Part shown: positions 40,601 to 51,790 of the stretch, piece after piece
Position numbering within the stretch: position 1 is the first letter of the stretch
How the letters are laid out: the number at the start of each line of letters is the position of its first letter
Origin: Lingula anatina
Taxonomy: Eukaryota; Animalia; Brachiopoda
DNA length: 64,000 nt
NCBI GenBank assembly: GCA_051362555.1
Contig: CM120640.1
Location: 65,760,788-65,824,787 of the forward strand
Direction of reading: 5' to 3'
Translations under genes and position numbers: made by a program
The notes under the pieces: generated by a model
Seen by the model: the letters and a program-made list of their open reading frames with translations, nothing else
Told to the model about the DNA's origin: nothing
Databases searched by the model: none

Positions 40601-42848
40601 TGTCTATCAAGATTTAACATTAAAGTTGAATTTCAATTTATAAACAAAGCATGTATTTCTCCCTTCTCATCATTTACTTGTGACAGAATTTGAGGAACTT
40701 CACTTTTTAGGAAATGGGTGTAAGGAATCCTCTTCATCGTAAAAAGCTGTGTCTGGCCTTGCAAGCATTGAGCTCAGAACACCAAGACATGTCAGGAAAA
40801 CTAACTCATGAATGGGTGACAAGTAAGGAAATAATTATTCATGTCAATTTTGATAGATACATATTAAATTGTTGTATCAAATAGTGTTTATTTAAATTTC
40901 TTTTCAAAATATGTATGTCAAATGCAGCTGTAAGCTGACCCATATTTAAAGATAAGTATTCTTTTATTTACTTCATGATACCGTTTCCCATTTCAACAGG
41001 ATGGCTTGATGATATAGGCCTCCCACAGTACAAAGATGCCTTCAGTGAAGCCAGGGTGGATGGCCGGATGCTGCATTATATGACAGTGGTAAGTTGAGCA
41101 ATGAAAACCACTTGGTTTGATTATGTGGAAAAATCGTGCTAGGAATTGGTTTGCTTTTACTCTGGCTGGACTGCTTCTGCACTTTTTTTGGCTGAATTGA
41201 AATGGCATTTTATTCATTTATTCAATTTTCAATAGGGGAGCAATGTAATGTTCTGTATTCAAAAAAGATTGTTTTAGCATAAGAACATTCTCCTCTTTCT
41301 CCTTCCAGGATGACCTCATAGCTTTAAAAGTGACCAATGAGCTTCACCACATCAGTATTAAGCGAGGAATTCAGGTGCTGAGGCTTCACAATTACAATCC
41401 AAACTTTTTGAAGCGGCGCCCTGCTGCAGACGAGGGCCAGGTGATCAATGCTCCTGAAGAAGTGATGCTGTGGAGTAATCACAGGGTGATGGAGTGGTTG
41501 AGAACCATTGACCTCTCTGAGTACGCACCCAATCTGAGGGGAAGTGGTGTTCATGGTGCTTTACTGGTGAGTGATGCCACCTAGTGGCATTTGTCCGCAG
41601 TTGAACAGTAGATTGTGGCTGGTGATGTATAAATTTTTTCAAATTTTTGCAATTAGAAAAGGAAATGTTGTAGAAGAGTTAAAGTTAAGTTTGAATATGG
41701 GAAGTTGTTGATGGTTTAGGTGTGCAAATGAAAAATTCTGTAAGTAAATCTTGCTTTTTTATGATCATCAACAACACATATTGAAATATTCATTTATCTG
41801 TCACAGGTTTTGGAGCCCCGCTTCCAGACAGATTTACTGGCAACACTTCTTTCTATCCCTGCAAATAAAACACTACTTAGGCGGCATCTCAACACCCATT
41901 TTATCAGCCTCATAGGAAATGAAACACAATGCAAGAAAAGAGATTATGAAATGTCTGCTGAATATGTTGCACTCACAGCTAGCTCAAAAGTAAAGGTATG
42001 TGGTGAATGTTGTAGTCATTACCAGTTAATTTGAAAAGTTAGAATTTTGCAGTCTAGGAAAAATTTTTTTTAAAAAGAAGAATCGATGGTGCTACATACT
42101 GAATACTTTTCAGGATTTTGTTAATCCACAGAACAATGATTTATTGCATTTCTTATTCAGACTCTTTACTAATGCATATTCGTGATAAACTTTCATTGTT
42201 TGTATTAATCATGCATCATTCAGGCTAAGAAGAGAAGTATATTCAAGAGAAGCAAGTCAGAGATGGGAGATGGAGAGGACTACCTCTGTCCACTGGAACT
42301 TTCGGGACCAATTGGTCAGAACAATAACAACAGTATTCGTAATGGAGGGCAGCAATATAGAACAGAGGTTCGCGGGTACAATACAATGATGGGACGGACA
42401 GCACGCTCTCCTAATGCCAAAACTGTTAAAGAAATTGGTGCAATGTCGCAAGATATAAATACTCTAACGGTAAGGTTTTGACCGTTGTTTAGTAACAGTG
42501 ATAATTAGAAATAAGTTACTGGCAAATATCTTTGAATGAATAAAACAGGAACTCATTACATCAGCATATCGCACTAAAAGTTTTGTCTACTTTAACTGGG
42601 GTGGGGTGGGGGGGGGGGGGGTCCTTTTTAACAAAATGTTAGATATATGAGTTGTGTTTTAGCTCAGGACCAATTTGTTTCTATGTACAACTACATTTAG
42701 TCTATTAACTTGAATCAAAATAGACTAAAATTTCCCATCTCAGGTTGTTGAGTTTCACATTGTCAATACTCAGAATTATTTTTTACAGGACATGCTTGCA
42801 GAGGAAAGATTTCTTCAAGATGACAGTGTGCCAACCTCAGATGTTTAG
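14897..42848 (+). CDS. PPFIBP1: Liprin-beta (PPFIBP1/2 family; coiled coil plus three SAM domains), about 944 aa. Exons 14897-14975, 16889-17115, 21017-21202, 31541-31672, 32025-32142, 33038-33118, 34778-34839, 36646-36730, 36938-37041, 37286-37349, 37497-37669, 37900-38098, 39656-39758, 40045-40161, 40389-40539, 40711-40822, 41000-41088, 41309-41566, 41807-41995, 42224-42469, 42789-42848
   Basis: Family motifs: LAQALQEMDGII, LELQVGALTDQVDMQSEKIRELE, LETHKLDLMAEISALKL, AVESLMVVNEEK, FGKGFLKIK..STSAPNL, EFRRGGLRATAG.RLG, WLDDIGLPQYKDAF.EARVDGRML, WSNHRVMEWLRTIDLSEYAPNLRGSGVHGAL, C-terminal TSDV*. All introns are GT-AG with matching phases and the exons total 2835 nt. It is probably the single invertebrate orthologue of PPFIBP1/2. 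Confidence 0.93.
15021..15093. repeat. Compound (CT)n(CA)n microsatellite
   Basis: Seen directly in the sequence. Confidence 0.95.
15764..16019. mobile_element. Palindromic (hairpin) MITE of about 255 bp
   Basis: The left arm (ggctcgttctcaat...ccaacttcacatggactctcactgaatgca...gcctcc) is an imperfect reverse complement of the right arm (ggaggc...tgcgttcagcgagagtccccatgaagttgg...attgggaatgagacc). Confidence 0.7.
16716..16762. repeat. (TAT)n microsatellite
   Basis: Seen directly in the sequence. Confidence 0.95.
24898..24942 (+). CDS. Candidate alternative first coding exon of liprin-beta (MFRSFRKKKKQKAEK)
   Basis: ATG in ACAATG context, 15 open codons and a strong phase-0 donor AAG|GTAGGT, compatible with the phase-0 acceptor at 31541. 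Confidence 0.55.
34669..34701. repeat. (GA)n microsatellite
   Basis: Seen directly in the sequence. Confidence 0.9.
34911..36531. mobile_element. 1621-bp non-autonomous DNA transposon in a liprin-beta intron; 15-bp TIR, 6-bp TSD, hAT-like CAG termini
   Basis: TIR CAGACATGCTGAAAA at 34911-34925 and TTTTCAGCATGTCTG at 36517-36531. CAACTT is duplicated at 34905-34910 and 36532-36537. Confidence 0.85.
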
Positions 42849-44162
42849 AAATGGTGAACATTTGTTCAGTTCAGCTCATGTTTTGCCCAGAGGGAGAGAT
42901 GCCCTTGTGAATTTTATGGAGAGATACAAGTTTTTACATGTTTGGAAACAGAATATGTGAACTGAAAAAAAGATCATCGAAGAAAGTTGAGGAGTGTTGA
43001 CTGCTTCTTAAATGCCAAACAAAGTTGAAGTGTGCAGGTTTTATGTCTATATATGAGCACTTCTTATAAGTCAGACACTCCTGAGACCTCACCATGAGGT
43101 CATTTTTAGAAGTCGATGGGAGGTGACCAGTATGTCTGAAAATGGGACAGTACAATTCCAAAGCAATAGACAGTGGACCACAGTCAGCGCCAAGATATAT
43201 GAATGTATTATATTAACAAGGTTTATGCCTTGAAGTATATTTTATTATATATTGTTTTAAAGTGAACTTAAATTCATTTATTTAATATGTTGAAACAGAT
43301 TTTTAGGTGTACTAGCTGTCAGCACAGTGAGTTAAATCACACAAGTTGATAATTAAGGCAGAGGTGGGAATGCACACAAGACGTGGTCTTAGTACATCTG
43401 TTAAAAATCCATGAAAGTTTGCCTTATTTACACAAACATTATGTTATGGTCTTTCCTTTACAAAGAGAGGCTAGTATGTAAATACTGTACATATCACAGT
43501 GATGTGCATTAATAAGGGTTCATTTTACATTGACTTTATGCTCCACAAACTGAGAAAATGAAATGTAATAATTCTATAGAAGAGGTAGATATGAAAATTA
43601 GCACTCGGAACAAAATCATAATTGCCTAAGAATTTTTTCTGAATGTTTTGGTCTATGCACTGAAGTATTAAATGACATGAAGATAAATTTAGTGATATTG
43701 TTATGTTGAGTGCCTTCTAAACAAAACTTAATGGCAATAATATTATTGTGATAAAAACTGTCTGTAGCCCCTTGAATGGAGTGATTTCAATGCCTGTAAT
43801 CTTGATAAATTGATAATCAAAAAGGTGATAAGTTTATATGCCTACCTTGTCAAATGTCATACCTATAGCAAGGGAAAATTACACAGGAATTTCTTGTTCT
43901 ATCAAACTATGCAGAAAGTAAGATAATTTCACTTAATTTTATCATTTGCAATTAAGGATTCTGTCTTTTTCATTTATACTTTAGAATATTTGAACAGTTA
44001 GTGTGGGAGTGAGGTAGGCCATACAATGATCTATATATCTTATAAGAGAAATGAAAAAATTTACAAAAATTCTTCATCTATTTCAAATCATGGTTTTATT
44101 AGTTTTATTTATCATTTAGATTTTAGTTTGCTTATATATATATGTTGTACTGTTTTAGTTTC

Positions 44163-44168
44163 AATAAA
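44163..44168 (+). terminator. Candidate polyadenylation signal (AATAAA) of liprin-beta
   Basis: AATAAA after a U-rich tract about 1.3 kb downstream of the stop codon, just before the transposon-rich region begins. Confidence 0.4.
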
Positions 44169-45110
44169 CTGATTAATTTTCTGTCAGTCTCAGATTCTCA
44201 ACAAGAGTAAGCTGTGAGAGGTTGGAGGGGAAGAAGTGTACTTTTTTTCCCTTTTTTAATACTTATACAGCAAGCCCGTAGTCAGCAATTTCAAAGAGGG
44301 GGGGAGGAGGCTTTTATAAAAAATAATAAAAAATAAATAAATGAATAATTAGGAATAAAATAAAAAAGGGACCTTTAACCATAAAAAAGTGGTGTACTTA
44401 GTACAAATTTTTATCCAGAGCAGCAGAGATGCCAACCGCAGGAAATCTAAAATCTGGAGATTATAAAATTTTGCTCAGTTGGGGGGGGGGGGGGGGGGGG
44501 GTGTGAATGGTCGCTGCCGTTGTGCTCAGTGGGAAAGGGGGGCGACCACTCTCTCACCTCACCTCCCCCCCCCCCCCCCCCCCAAAGAGAATTATGAAGT
44601 TTTCAAAAGATAAACCAACTATTCTGAAGACAAATCGAATATTAACATTTTTGCGTGTAATGCCTATGAAACATCAACAAGACGGTGGTGCAAATTTTCA
44701 AAGTCTATTTTCAACCAAACTCAATATAGAGGTGCAAGTGAGGTCACAGGCATGCTCTTAAAAATATTTAGTGCACAGATTAGAAACTATGTTTGATTAT
44801 TTAAGGGTCCCATATGAAGAAAATTGTATCAAAGTTTCACTCTCCTGGAACCATGAATAAAAAATAATTCATCGTCTAACCCCAAAAAAGGAACATGCGC
44901 ACGTTAGCCTACTGTCACAAACGCAAAACGTCCAGCTGTGAAACGTTCTTCTCACTTTGAAAATTCAGTCATCACTGGTTTTGTTCTTTGATTTATCTCC
45001 TAACAAGTAAAACTTAAAAAGTTATGATAATCTACTGTATAGAGCAGTTAATTGTTTTTGAGGGACTCAAGTTTGCTTGTCACTGAATATTTAAAAAACG
45101 GGGAAAATGC

Positions 45111-45284
45111 GGGGGCGTCTCGATAGTCCGAAGGTTCATTGGTCCGAAGGTTCATTGGTCCGAAAAGTGGTAACATTTTCATCGATTTTTTAATCAAGGG
45201 TTCATTGGTCCGAAGGTTCTATAGTGAACATTCGGACCAATGAACCTTCGGACTATTGAACCTTCGGACTATCGCTACGGCCCC
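45111..45284. mobile_element. 174-bp Mutator(MULE)-like MITE with 15-bp subterminal repeats (GGTCCGAAGGTTCATT-like)
   Basis: 9-bp TSD GGAAAATGC at 45102-45110 and 45285-45293, G..C termini, and about 54-bp inverted arms built of tandem units. Confidence 0.85.
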
Positions 45285-46405
45285 GGAAAATGCACCCTAC
45301 CCACAGTAAAATAAGCATTAAATCATGGAATCACGAAAATACTGTTCAAGTTAAAGTACTTGGACAAAATGAAACTTTCTGACAATTTTTCTGGGGAACA
45401 TACGTAGTATTAGCCATGGCGCTTTGGCCCCTTGGGTTACAGTTTAAATATTTATAAAGCATCCATTTACGTCATGTATAATTTACCATGACTGAATCAC
45501 TACAAAATATATCGGAACGCGGTATAAAAATCAAACTAAAATTAATTGACCCGGAACGTTAAGTTACCGGAACATACGTTACCATTAAAGGCTCTTTACA
45601 TAATGTAAAACCATTGTAAAAATTAAAAATTAAATTAAAATTGAGACACTCGTGGATTTTCATTATATATACCCTGTACACACACACACATAGGCCTATA
45701 TATACACACACATATACATTTGAAAATTCAATACAACTTTGTATTCATTCAATTTTTTGGACACTTCAGCATGTGAAATTCACCTCTATATTGGGTTTGG
45801 GTGAAACAGGTTTAGAGAATGGAGAGGTCAAGTCTTCTCGAGCCTGACGCGCCTTGCTATCACTTTTCCGCAAGACGCGCCAAAGGCAGTGCTCCACAAG
45901 AAAAAAAGTCCTAGCGTAAAGACACGCATTAGTAAACTGAATGGACATCAGTTGTCGAATATAAACACTCTAGCTGCTTGGTAAGAAGCCATTCTTTATA
46001 TTATATATATATTAGCGTTGTCCAATCAAAGGCTGCCGAAGTGTTTGGACCGCGACCACGAGTGAAGAAGGGCCAGGTGAAAGTACGAAACCATGTGGGC
46101 ACAACTTTTTTATTGCAAATTTTCAGAGGAGCCAGTTTAAAAAGATGAAGCAAATAGCTTGCATTTATCCCTGTTGGGTTCCTGTTGTCACCGCAAGTAG
46201 CCCTCTGCAAGGAAAACCAACCTTCCAAGCAGTCTTGATTTAGTCTTTTGGATATATACTAGTAGTGTGCGAGGTACAAGTATAAGGTCCTATCTCTACA
46301 GGTGAGCTAATTATTTATTCAAATACTATTGCCATGATGCATTATTAATTCAGTTATATTTTTAAACGGATGTATTTATTTTATTAGTTATTTTGTTTAA
46401 CTTAA

Positions 46406-46924
46406 AGCAATAATAACTCTTCCTTTGAGATTCAAAATTCCGCAAGAAACGCATTGTAAACAACGCATGGAAATATATTGTATTGCATTTTACCACTAAA
46501 ACGTACAGCTGTTATTGTAGTAAAACTAAATTCTGCGCATGTCAATAGGGCTTTCAATGCCTTTCTTCCCGGTCGTCAAGGCATCCGTTGCCAATGACGT
46601 TGGGGTGTCACGCGGATTCTCGCGTTCATTCGAGACCAAAATAACATTTGGCACCATACGCGTGATGCAATCCGCAGACATAAGTTGCGAGTTTTTGTAC
46701 AGTGCCTTGGATAACAAAAAGCCCAGAATTGTACACATTGTAGATATAAATGCATTGTGAGCAATAAGACAAATTTAATTATCTAATGAATCTTATATTA
46801 TTGTTATATAGTGTTGTTGTCTGCTTTCCCTGCAGTTTTAAGTAGGTCACCAGAAAATATCGCTCGATATCGCGTGACTATGCAATGTCAGAGAGGGCTC
46901 CGTCAGTTAAAATCTTTTAAGAGA
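46406..46924. mobile_element. Truncated inverted copy of the 618-bp Kolobok-like element
   Basis: Begins TTAA|AGCAATAATAACTCTTCC and is the reverse complement of about 11040-11505. Similarity stops inside the element's internal palindrome. Confidence 0.85.
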
Positions 46925-47541
46925 GAGCGGAATGCGCGTGAGCGGAAGTTGTGGCCACATGATTTCTAACACAATCCGAGTGTGCTCGGGTGTCTGGACT
47001 CGGCTGGTTTCATCTAGCACAAGGAACGTGAGGTAATTAAGTCACTCGCTCTTTACATTTCTGACACATTTGCCATTTCACTGATTTGATGAAAATAAAG
47101 TCACCGAAATAGAATTTTCAACCGTTTTTCATTTAAAATAAGTGTTTATATTTTCATGAATACATGAAAAACTCTAGCAGACCCAGTCTTAAAATATTCA
47201 TATGAAGCTACAATATTTATGCGATCATTTGTTCATTATATGACAAACTTCTCAGTGTTACCAGCGATTCATCCACAAAACTTGATTTACACATACTGAC
47301 CATGTTACAAAATAGCACTATAACACACAGGGTGCTTATACTTGAAGTCCCGCATGTGAAAAGATAATTTTGCCCGCTAGCTTTAATTTCTTATTATTCT
47401 CATTCAGAAGGGTCTTGAAAACAGATTTACAAAATGGTTGTGCAGTTTTAGTCGTTTTAAAGTGCATTTTGTGTCTGCTAGAGTGAGTATTTAATAATAA
47501 TTACATAATTAATAATAAAAGTTACAGAGGACGTGTATAAA

Positions 47542-48594
47542 ATGGATCTACCGGTAGAAGGGATTTGTAATAATTGGTTAGAAGAAAAGGGTTATCATTT
47601 TAAGATCAAGCCAGAACAACTGGAAATCATCCAGTCAGTACTAGATGGAAAAGATACATTTGCAGTGCTTCCTACAGGGTTTAGGAAGACTATTTGTAGT
47701 GTAATGCCAGCATTTGTTATGGACAAAGTAAGTAAACCTAATTTTAAAAAACCTAATTATTATTATATATTTTTTTACTTTTAGAATTACATCAAAACAA
47801 GTGAACACTATGCTTTCTATCTGAGATCACAATTTTTAAAAAGTATTTTGAACTACATATGAATATTCGTGGGGCAGGCCGCAGGGGATATAGGTGTTAA
47901 TGAAATAATTAAAAGAAATGAAAAAAAATGTACAGTTCTATTATTTGGGTATCTTTTATTATATGTGCAGAAAAACTGATAACCTAGAATAACCTCTTTC
48001 ATGCTTGCTTATTTCACAATCTATAAATCAGTTAAATGAACCAGATTGACATAAAGGGGTTGAGCTAAAGAAACAGTACTATACAAGTTTGAAAATGAAC
48101 CAGATTGACATAAAGGGGTTGAGCTAAAGAAACAGTACTATATATGCAGTGGGGGTGATTTTCAGATAGTTTAGTGGTGGGTATCCAATTATTATAATCA
48201 TCCATTTCTTTGTCAACACAAGTTTTATTTCATACTTTTTGCATGCCAACAAGTTTGAAAATGAAGAAATAAAATGAAAAGAGAGAAACTGAGCATTAAA
48301 TATTAATTTATATTTATTGGGTCTCTATATGCTATCAGGTTTTCAGTACATTTAGTACTAAGTAGCTGTACATATAATACTATTTAAAACAATTTGCTTT
48401 ATTTTCAAGACAGGGTGAATGTTAAATATAATTTTTGTCACACACATTTCTAAAATTAATAAGAATAAATCATCTTTGCTCTCTTATCCTGCTCTACGTT
48501 ACTTCTAATGCCAACCAGTTTCAATAATCATTTCAGATGTGTTTTAAGTCTGAAACAACAACTCTAATAGTGTCACCCCTGAAGACACTTATAA
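47542..48594 (+). pseudogene. RecQ-type SF2 helicase, N-terminal exons (47542-47727, 48537-~48594); AcademH-type helicase
   Basis: KIKPEQLEIIQSVLDGKDTFAVLPTGFRKT gives the Q motif and Walker A, with G changed to R. After a GT-AG intron, TTLIVSPLKTLI gives motif Ia. The gene is truncated at TAA|GGGTTCGTTCACA, which resembles a TE end. Confidence 0.8.
48034..48142. repeat. 50-bp direct duplication with a 9-bp spacer
   Basis: AAATGAACCAGATTGACATAAAGGGGTTGAGCTAAAGAAACAGTACTATA at 48034-48083 and 48093-48142. Confidence 0.9.
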
Positions 48595-48887
48595 GGGTTC
48601 GTTCACATGAAAAATCTGTTTTCTAAAAAACTTTGGGGGTATCTTGTGATCACGGTCTGTGCCCCGCATATCCCGCGGCGTAATTACTGTCAGTGCCAGC
48701 GAGTTACTTCCAAAGCTGTACCGTAATTAATTCTCGGCTGCACTCGGAGGAGATTCTCATACGACACTGCCCATGGATATCGCTTATATTTAGACATTAT
48801 TTTCTAATATGATTATCATAAAAAAATATATATCTTATTCTTTTCATAAAACATTAAGCAATTAAACTATATGTTATTTACGCTTAC

Positions 48888-50150
48888 CCCAAATTCACTG
48901 TATCCTGTGACAGGTGTGCATCCTTCATCTAATAGCGCTTTCTCTTTTTCTGCTACGTATTTCTAAAATATTTAGAGAACAGTAAAAAGTAAGTAAAAAT
49001 TGGTAGTATTTGCGTATGCAAAATGACTGAGTGCATGTTGGTATTTAATTTTGCATAAAATCTTTTGTAAATACTTAGATATTTAAATTAAGTAGAAAGA
49101 AAAAAAAATATTTCTTATGTCTTGACAACCGTAAAAATATTTATGTTTACTTCTTCCTGCCACTGTAACATTTTCTTTTTTTGTGCTTGCACTAATTGGT
49201 CACATAACCTTAGAACGCTGGAGTGGCTTGAGCTGAGTCCCAAGTTATTTAAATACCTGAAAAGCTACAAAAAAAAAAATAAAACAAAAAGAAGAAAAAA
49301 AAACAGGCAATGATGTGTTAATAATTGTAAATCATATTTTTTATTTACCATTTAATTTCTAATAAATGTATTAATATATATATATTTAGAATGTTAAAAA
49401 TGAAATCAATAATTAATCAGTGTGGAGATGTCCATAGATTACTATAATGTGTGTGCGCCATTTCAAAACATTTAAAATGGACAAAACGCTAATTTTATAT
49501 ATGTTAAAACAAAAACAACTATTTTAAAATTTGTTTGGGGGGGGGGGCATTTTATATTGTTAAACATTAAATTGCAATTACCCTGATCTCCACATTTCTA
49601 TGCTGATAAAATTTTGTACAAATTTATGGCGACTTTGGTGATGGCTATTATTCAAAATGGCACAGGCCATTTCAACTTGGCGTTTTTGCTTCTGAGTAAT
49701 TGCTCTATTAAAAACATGAATAAAAGAATTTAAATAATATAAATTAAAATAAAAATTATAGTAACAAAAAATTATAAAAATAAAGAAAATTTCGATGTGA
49801 TAGATAGATAGATAGATAGATAGATATAATTTTAGAGGATTTTACTTACTTTTTTTTGTTTATTTCTGCTGCTGTAAGTCTCCAAAAGGGCAAAAGTAAG
49901 TGGCAAGGCCTTTTTTATTTTTGAAGTGTACTTAACCCACTCAAATTTGTTTGCATTGTCAATAGTAAATTTTTCATCTTTATTCTTGTCCATTTGTATT
50001 GTTTCTTTTGTTATAATTTTATTAAAAATAGATTTTCTCGCAGGGAAACTTTCCTCGTATAAAATACTGAACAGGCTATCATAGTGGCTCTGTCGTAGAG
50101 CTGCCACAGCTTTCTCTATGAAATAGTTCCCATAGCTGGTTACTGCCTAT
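48888..50150 (-). pseudogene. Academ-type transposase fragment 1 (N-terminal half, 4 exons)
   Basis: Minus-strand exons translate to NKFEWVKYTSKIKKALPLTFALL / MACAILNNSHHQSRHKFVQNFISIEMWRSG / YLNNLGLSSSHSSVLRLCDQLVQAQKKKMLQWQ / GYSEFG. This is the motif order that precedes the first catalytic Asp in Academ/DUF6589 proteins, and it aligns by eye with fragment 2. Confidence 0.65.
49799..49826. repeat. (GATA)n microsatellite
   Basis: Seen directly in the sequence. Confidence 0.95.
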
Positions 50151-50309
50151 AATTTGCAATGAATAATAAAACCATTAAGTATGTATTTTACACAAGTGCA
50201 ATGTTTGGTGGCAATATCTTAAATGGATTTATGAATAACATCAAAACTTTTGAATAAAATACCAACACAATCATGTTCTTTTCCTTGATCTTGATCTGCT
50301 TGTGTGTAG

Positions 50310-51790
50310 GCTCCTTTTCAGGCCTACCCAACTACCAGACTCGGCACATAAGGATCCTGAATTAACCAGTATATCGGACCACACTACCCGTTTTCAAGGT
50401 ATGTGTCAGATCGCATTTGCCATCCTCTATGTTACAGTTGTGGCAACAGGCAGGGATGGCAGACCAGCAATGGCCTATGTATGTGCTTTCCCAAGAAGTG
50501 CAAGTAGCCTTATTGTATGTCAGCAGTGCAAAACAAAGAAGTCAACCTGCCTGTGCAGCAGGCAGGTACACTTAAAGCCTGTCTGTGTGGGTTAGATTAA
50601 TGTATAGGAGCATGTTCTATGTAAAACTTTGATCAGATTTGTGTTTTGGGAGATTGTTTATTATTATCTTAATCAGTTTTGGTCAAAAAAGTTCTACTAA
50701 AACAACTAGAATAAAAAATAAGAAAACGAAAACTATTTGTCATGATTTTGGAGCACAGCCGGAAGCACTTCCGGCTCAAGGTTACGACCTGGATTTTCCC
50801 ACGCTCACGACCAATCACAGCAGGGAATCAAGCTTGTCATACTTCTCTTATATAGTATATTCTAAATCAGCTGTCTGTGAAAAACTAACTTCAAAAGTGA
50901 GGAAGTCGGAATAATTTTCAGGTAATGTCGCTAACCATAAAAGTATTTCCCACATGTATCTTGTTAGTAACCGCCTGTCCATCTTTTCGGTACATGTACT
51001 GATCAAAAGCAGAAAACGTAAAGCCCAAAATATTGTCATTTATTGTGAACAGGCTAATATGATAATCATACACACCTGAGACCTGTGAAGCGCAAACTCG
51101 CGTGTCGAGGAGTAGTTTTGCCATTGCCTCGTACGTATGTGAGACCTTACTCTGCTTTAAGTTTCTTCCACCGCCCCACCTCCCTCCCAACATACACAGT
51201 CTGAGAGCTTCTTTGTCTCTCATTTTCTTTCGTATCTTTCGAACCGGAGTGGCTATTTTCTTTCGTCCCCTTTTGTCACTCTCTTCAGACTTTATGCGCG
51301 TCTCCATGTTTGCTGTTTTGGCGCCAAATAGTAACATCCAGGTCTCAGCCGTAGTACTTCATTCATAGTAAACAGCGAGACTTAGCAAGAAATTGTGCGT
51401 TCGGAAGCCGTACTATGAGGTGGTAGCTGAGTATTTAAGACGAGTCGTCTTTTATTAATTAATGGAACTTAAAAACGGTATTAGGTAGCTTCATTTTCTG
51501 AACAGTTTTGGATAGGATATACCTTGGCCATTATGGGGAAATTGGTAAGATTTCCAGGAAAATAAATTTTCTTGCTATATTAAGGGTTTAACCCACACAG
51601 ACAGGCTTTAAGGGACATAGCAAAAATCGCAACCTGTCTAAGGCAGCATTGCCTGAACACATTTGTGTTGAGTGATAAAAATGAGGATGAAATGAGGATG
51701 ATAAACTCTAAGAAAGAATGCAATTTAGACTGCAAGGAGAAATGCAGATGTGAGTTGTGTACTTGCTGCAGTAACTGCTATTTTAAATGT
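50310..51790 (+). pseudogene. RecQ-type helicase C-terminal remnant (motif VI and Zn-binding region), split by a Kolobok-like insertion
   Basis: LWQQ..GRDGRPAMAYV is a frameshifted motif VI. After the insertion the sequence reads TCLRQHCLNTF, followed by a Cys-rich CNLDCKEKCRCELCTCCSNC, as in the RecQ Zn-binding domain. Confidence 0.7.
50576..51607 (-). mobile_element. 1032-bp Kolobok-like element with a residual N-terminal ORF (50918-51337, minus strand)
   Basis: TTAA TSD at 50572-50575 and 51608-51611, and a 19-bp TIR AGCCTGTCTGTGTGGGTTA. The ORF has a basic tract and a W..LK....AMAKLLLD segment. Confidence 0.85.

Noticed and set aside
44270-44600. TE termini (AGCCCGTAGTCAG..., CAGAGATGCCAACC...)
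   Set aside because: They look like single transposon ends, but no partner TIR or TSD was found in the window, so no element could be delimited.
47533-47784. Functional host RecQ/WRN/BLM gene
   Set aside because: Walker A is mutated (GFRKT), the central motifs are missing, and it sits among Academ-type transposases.
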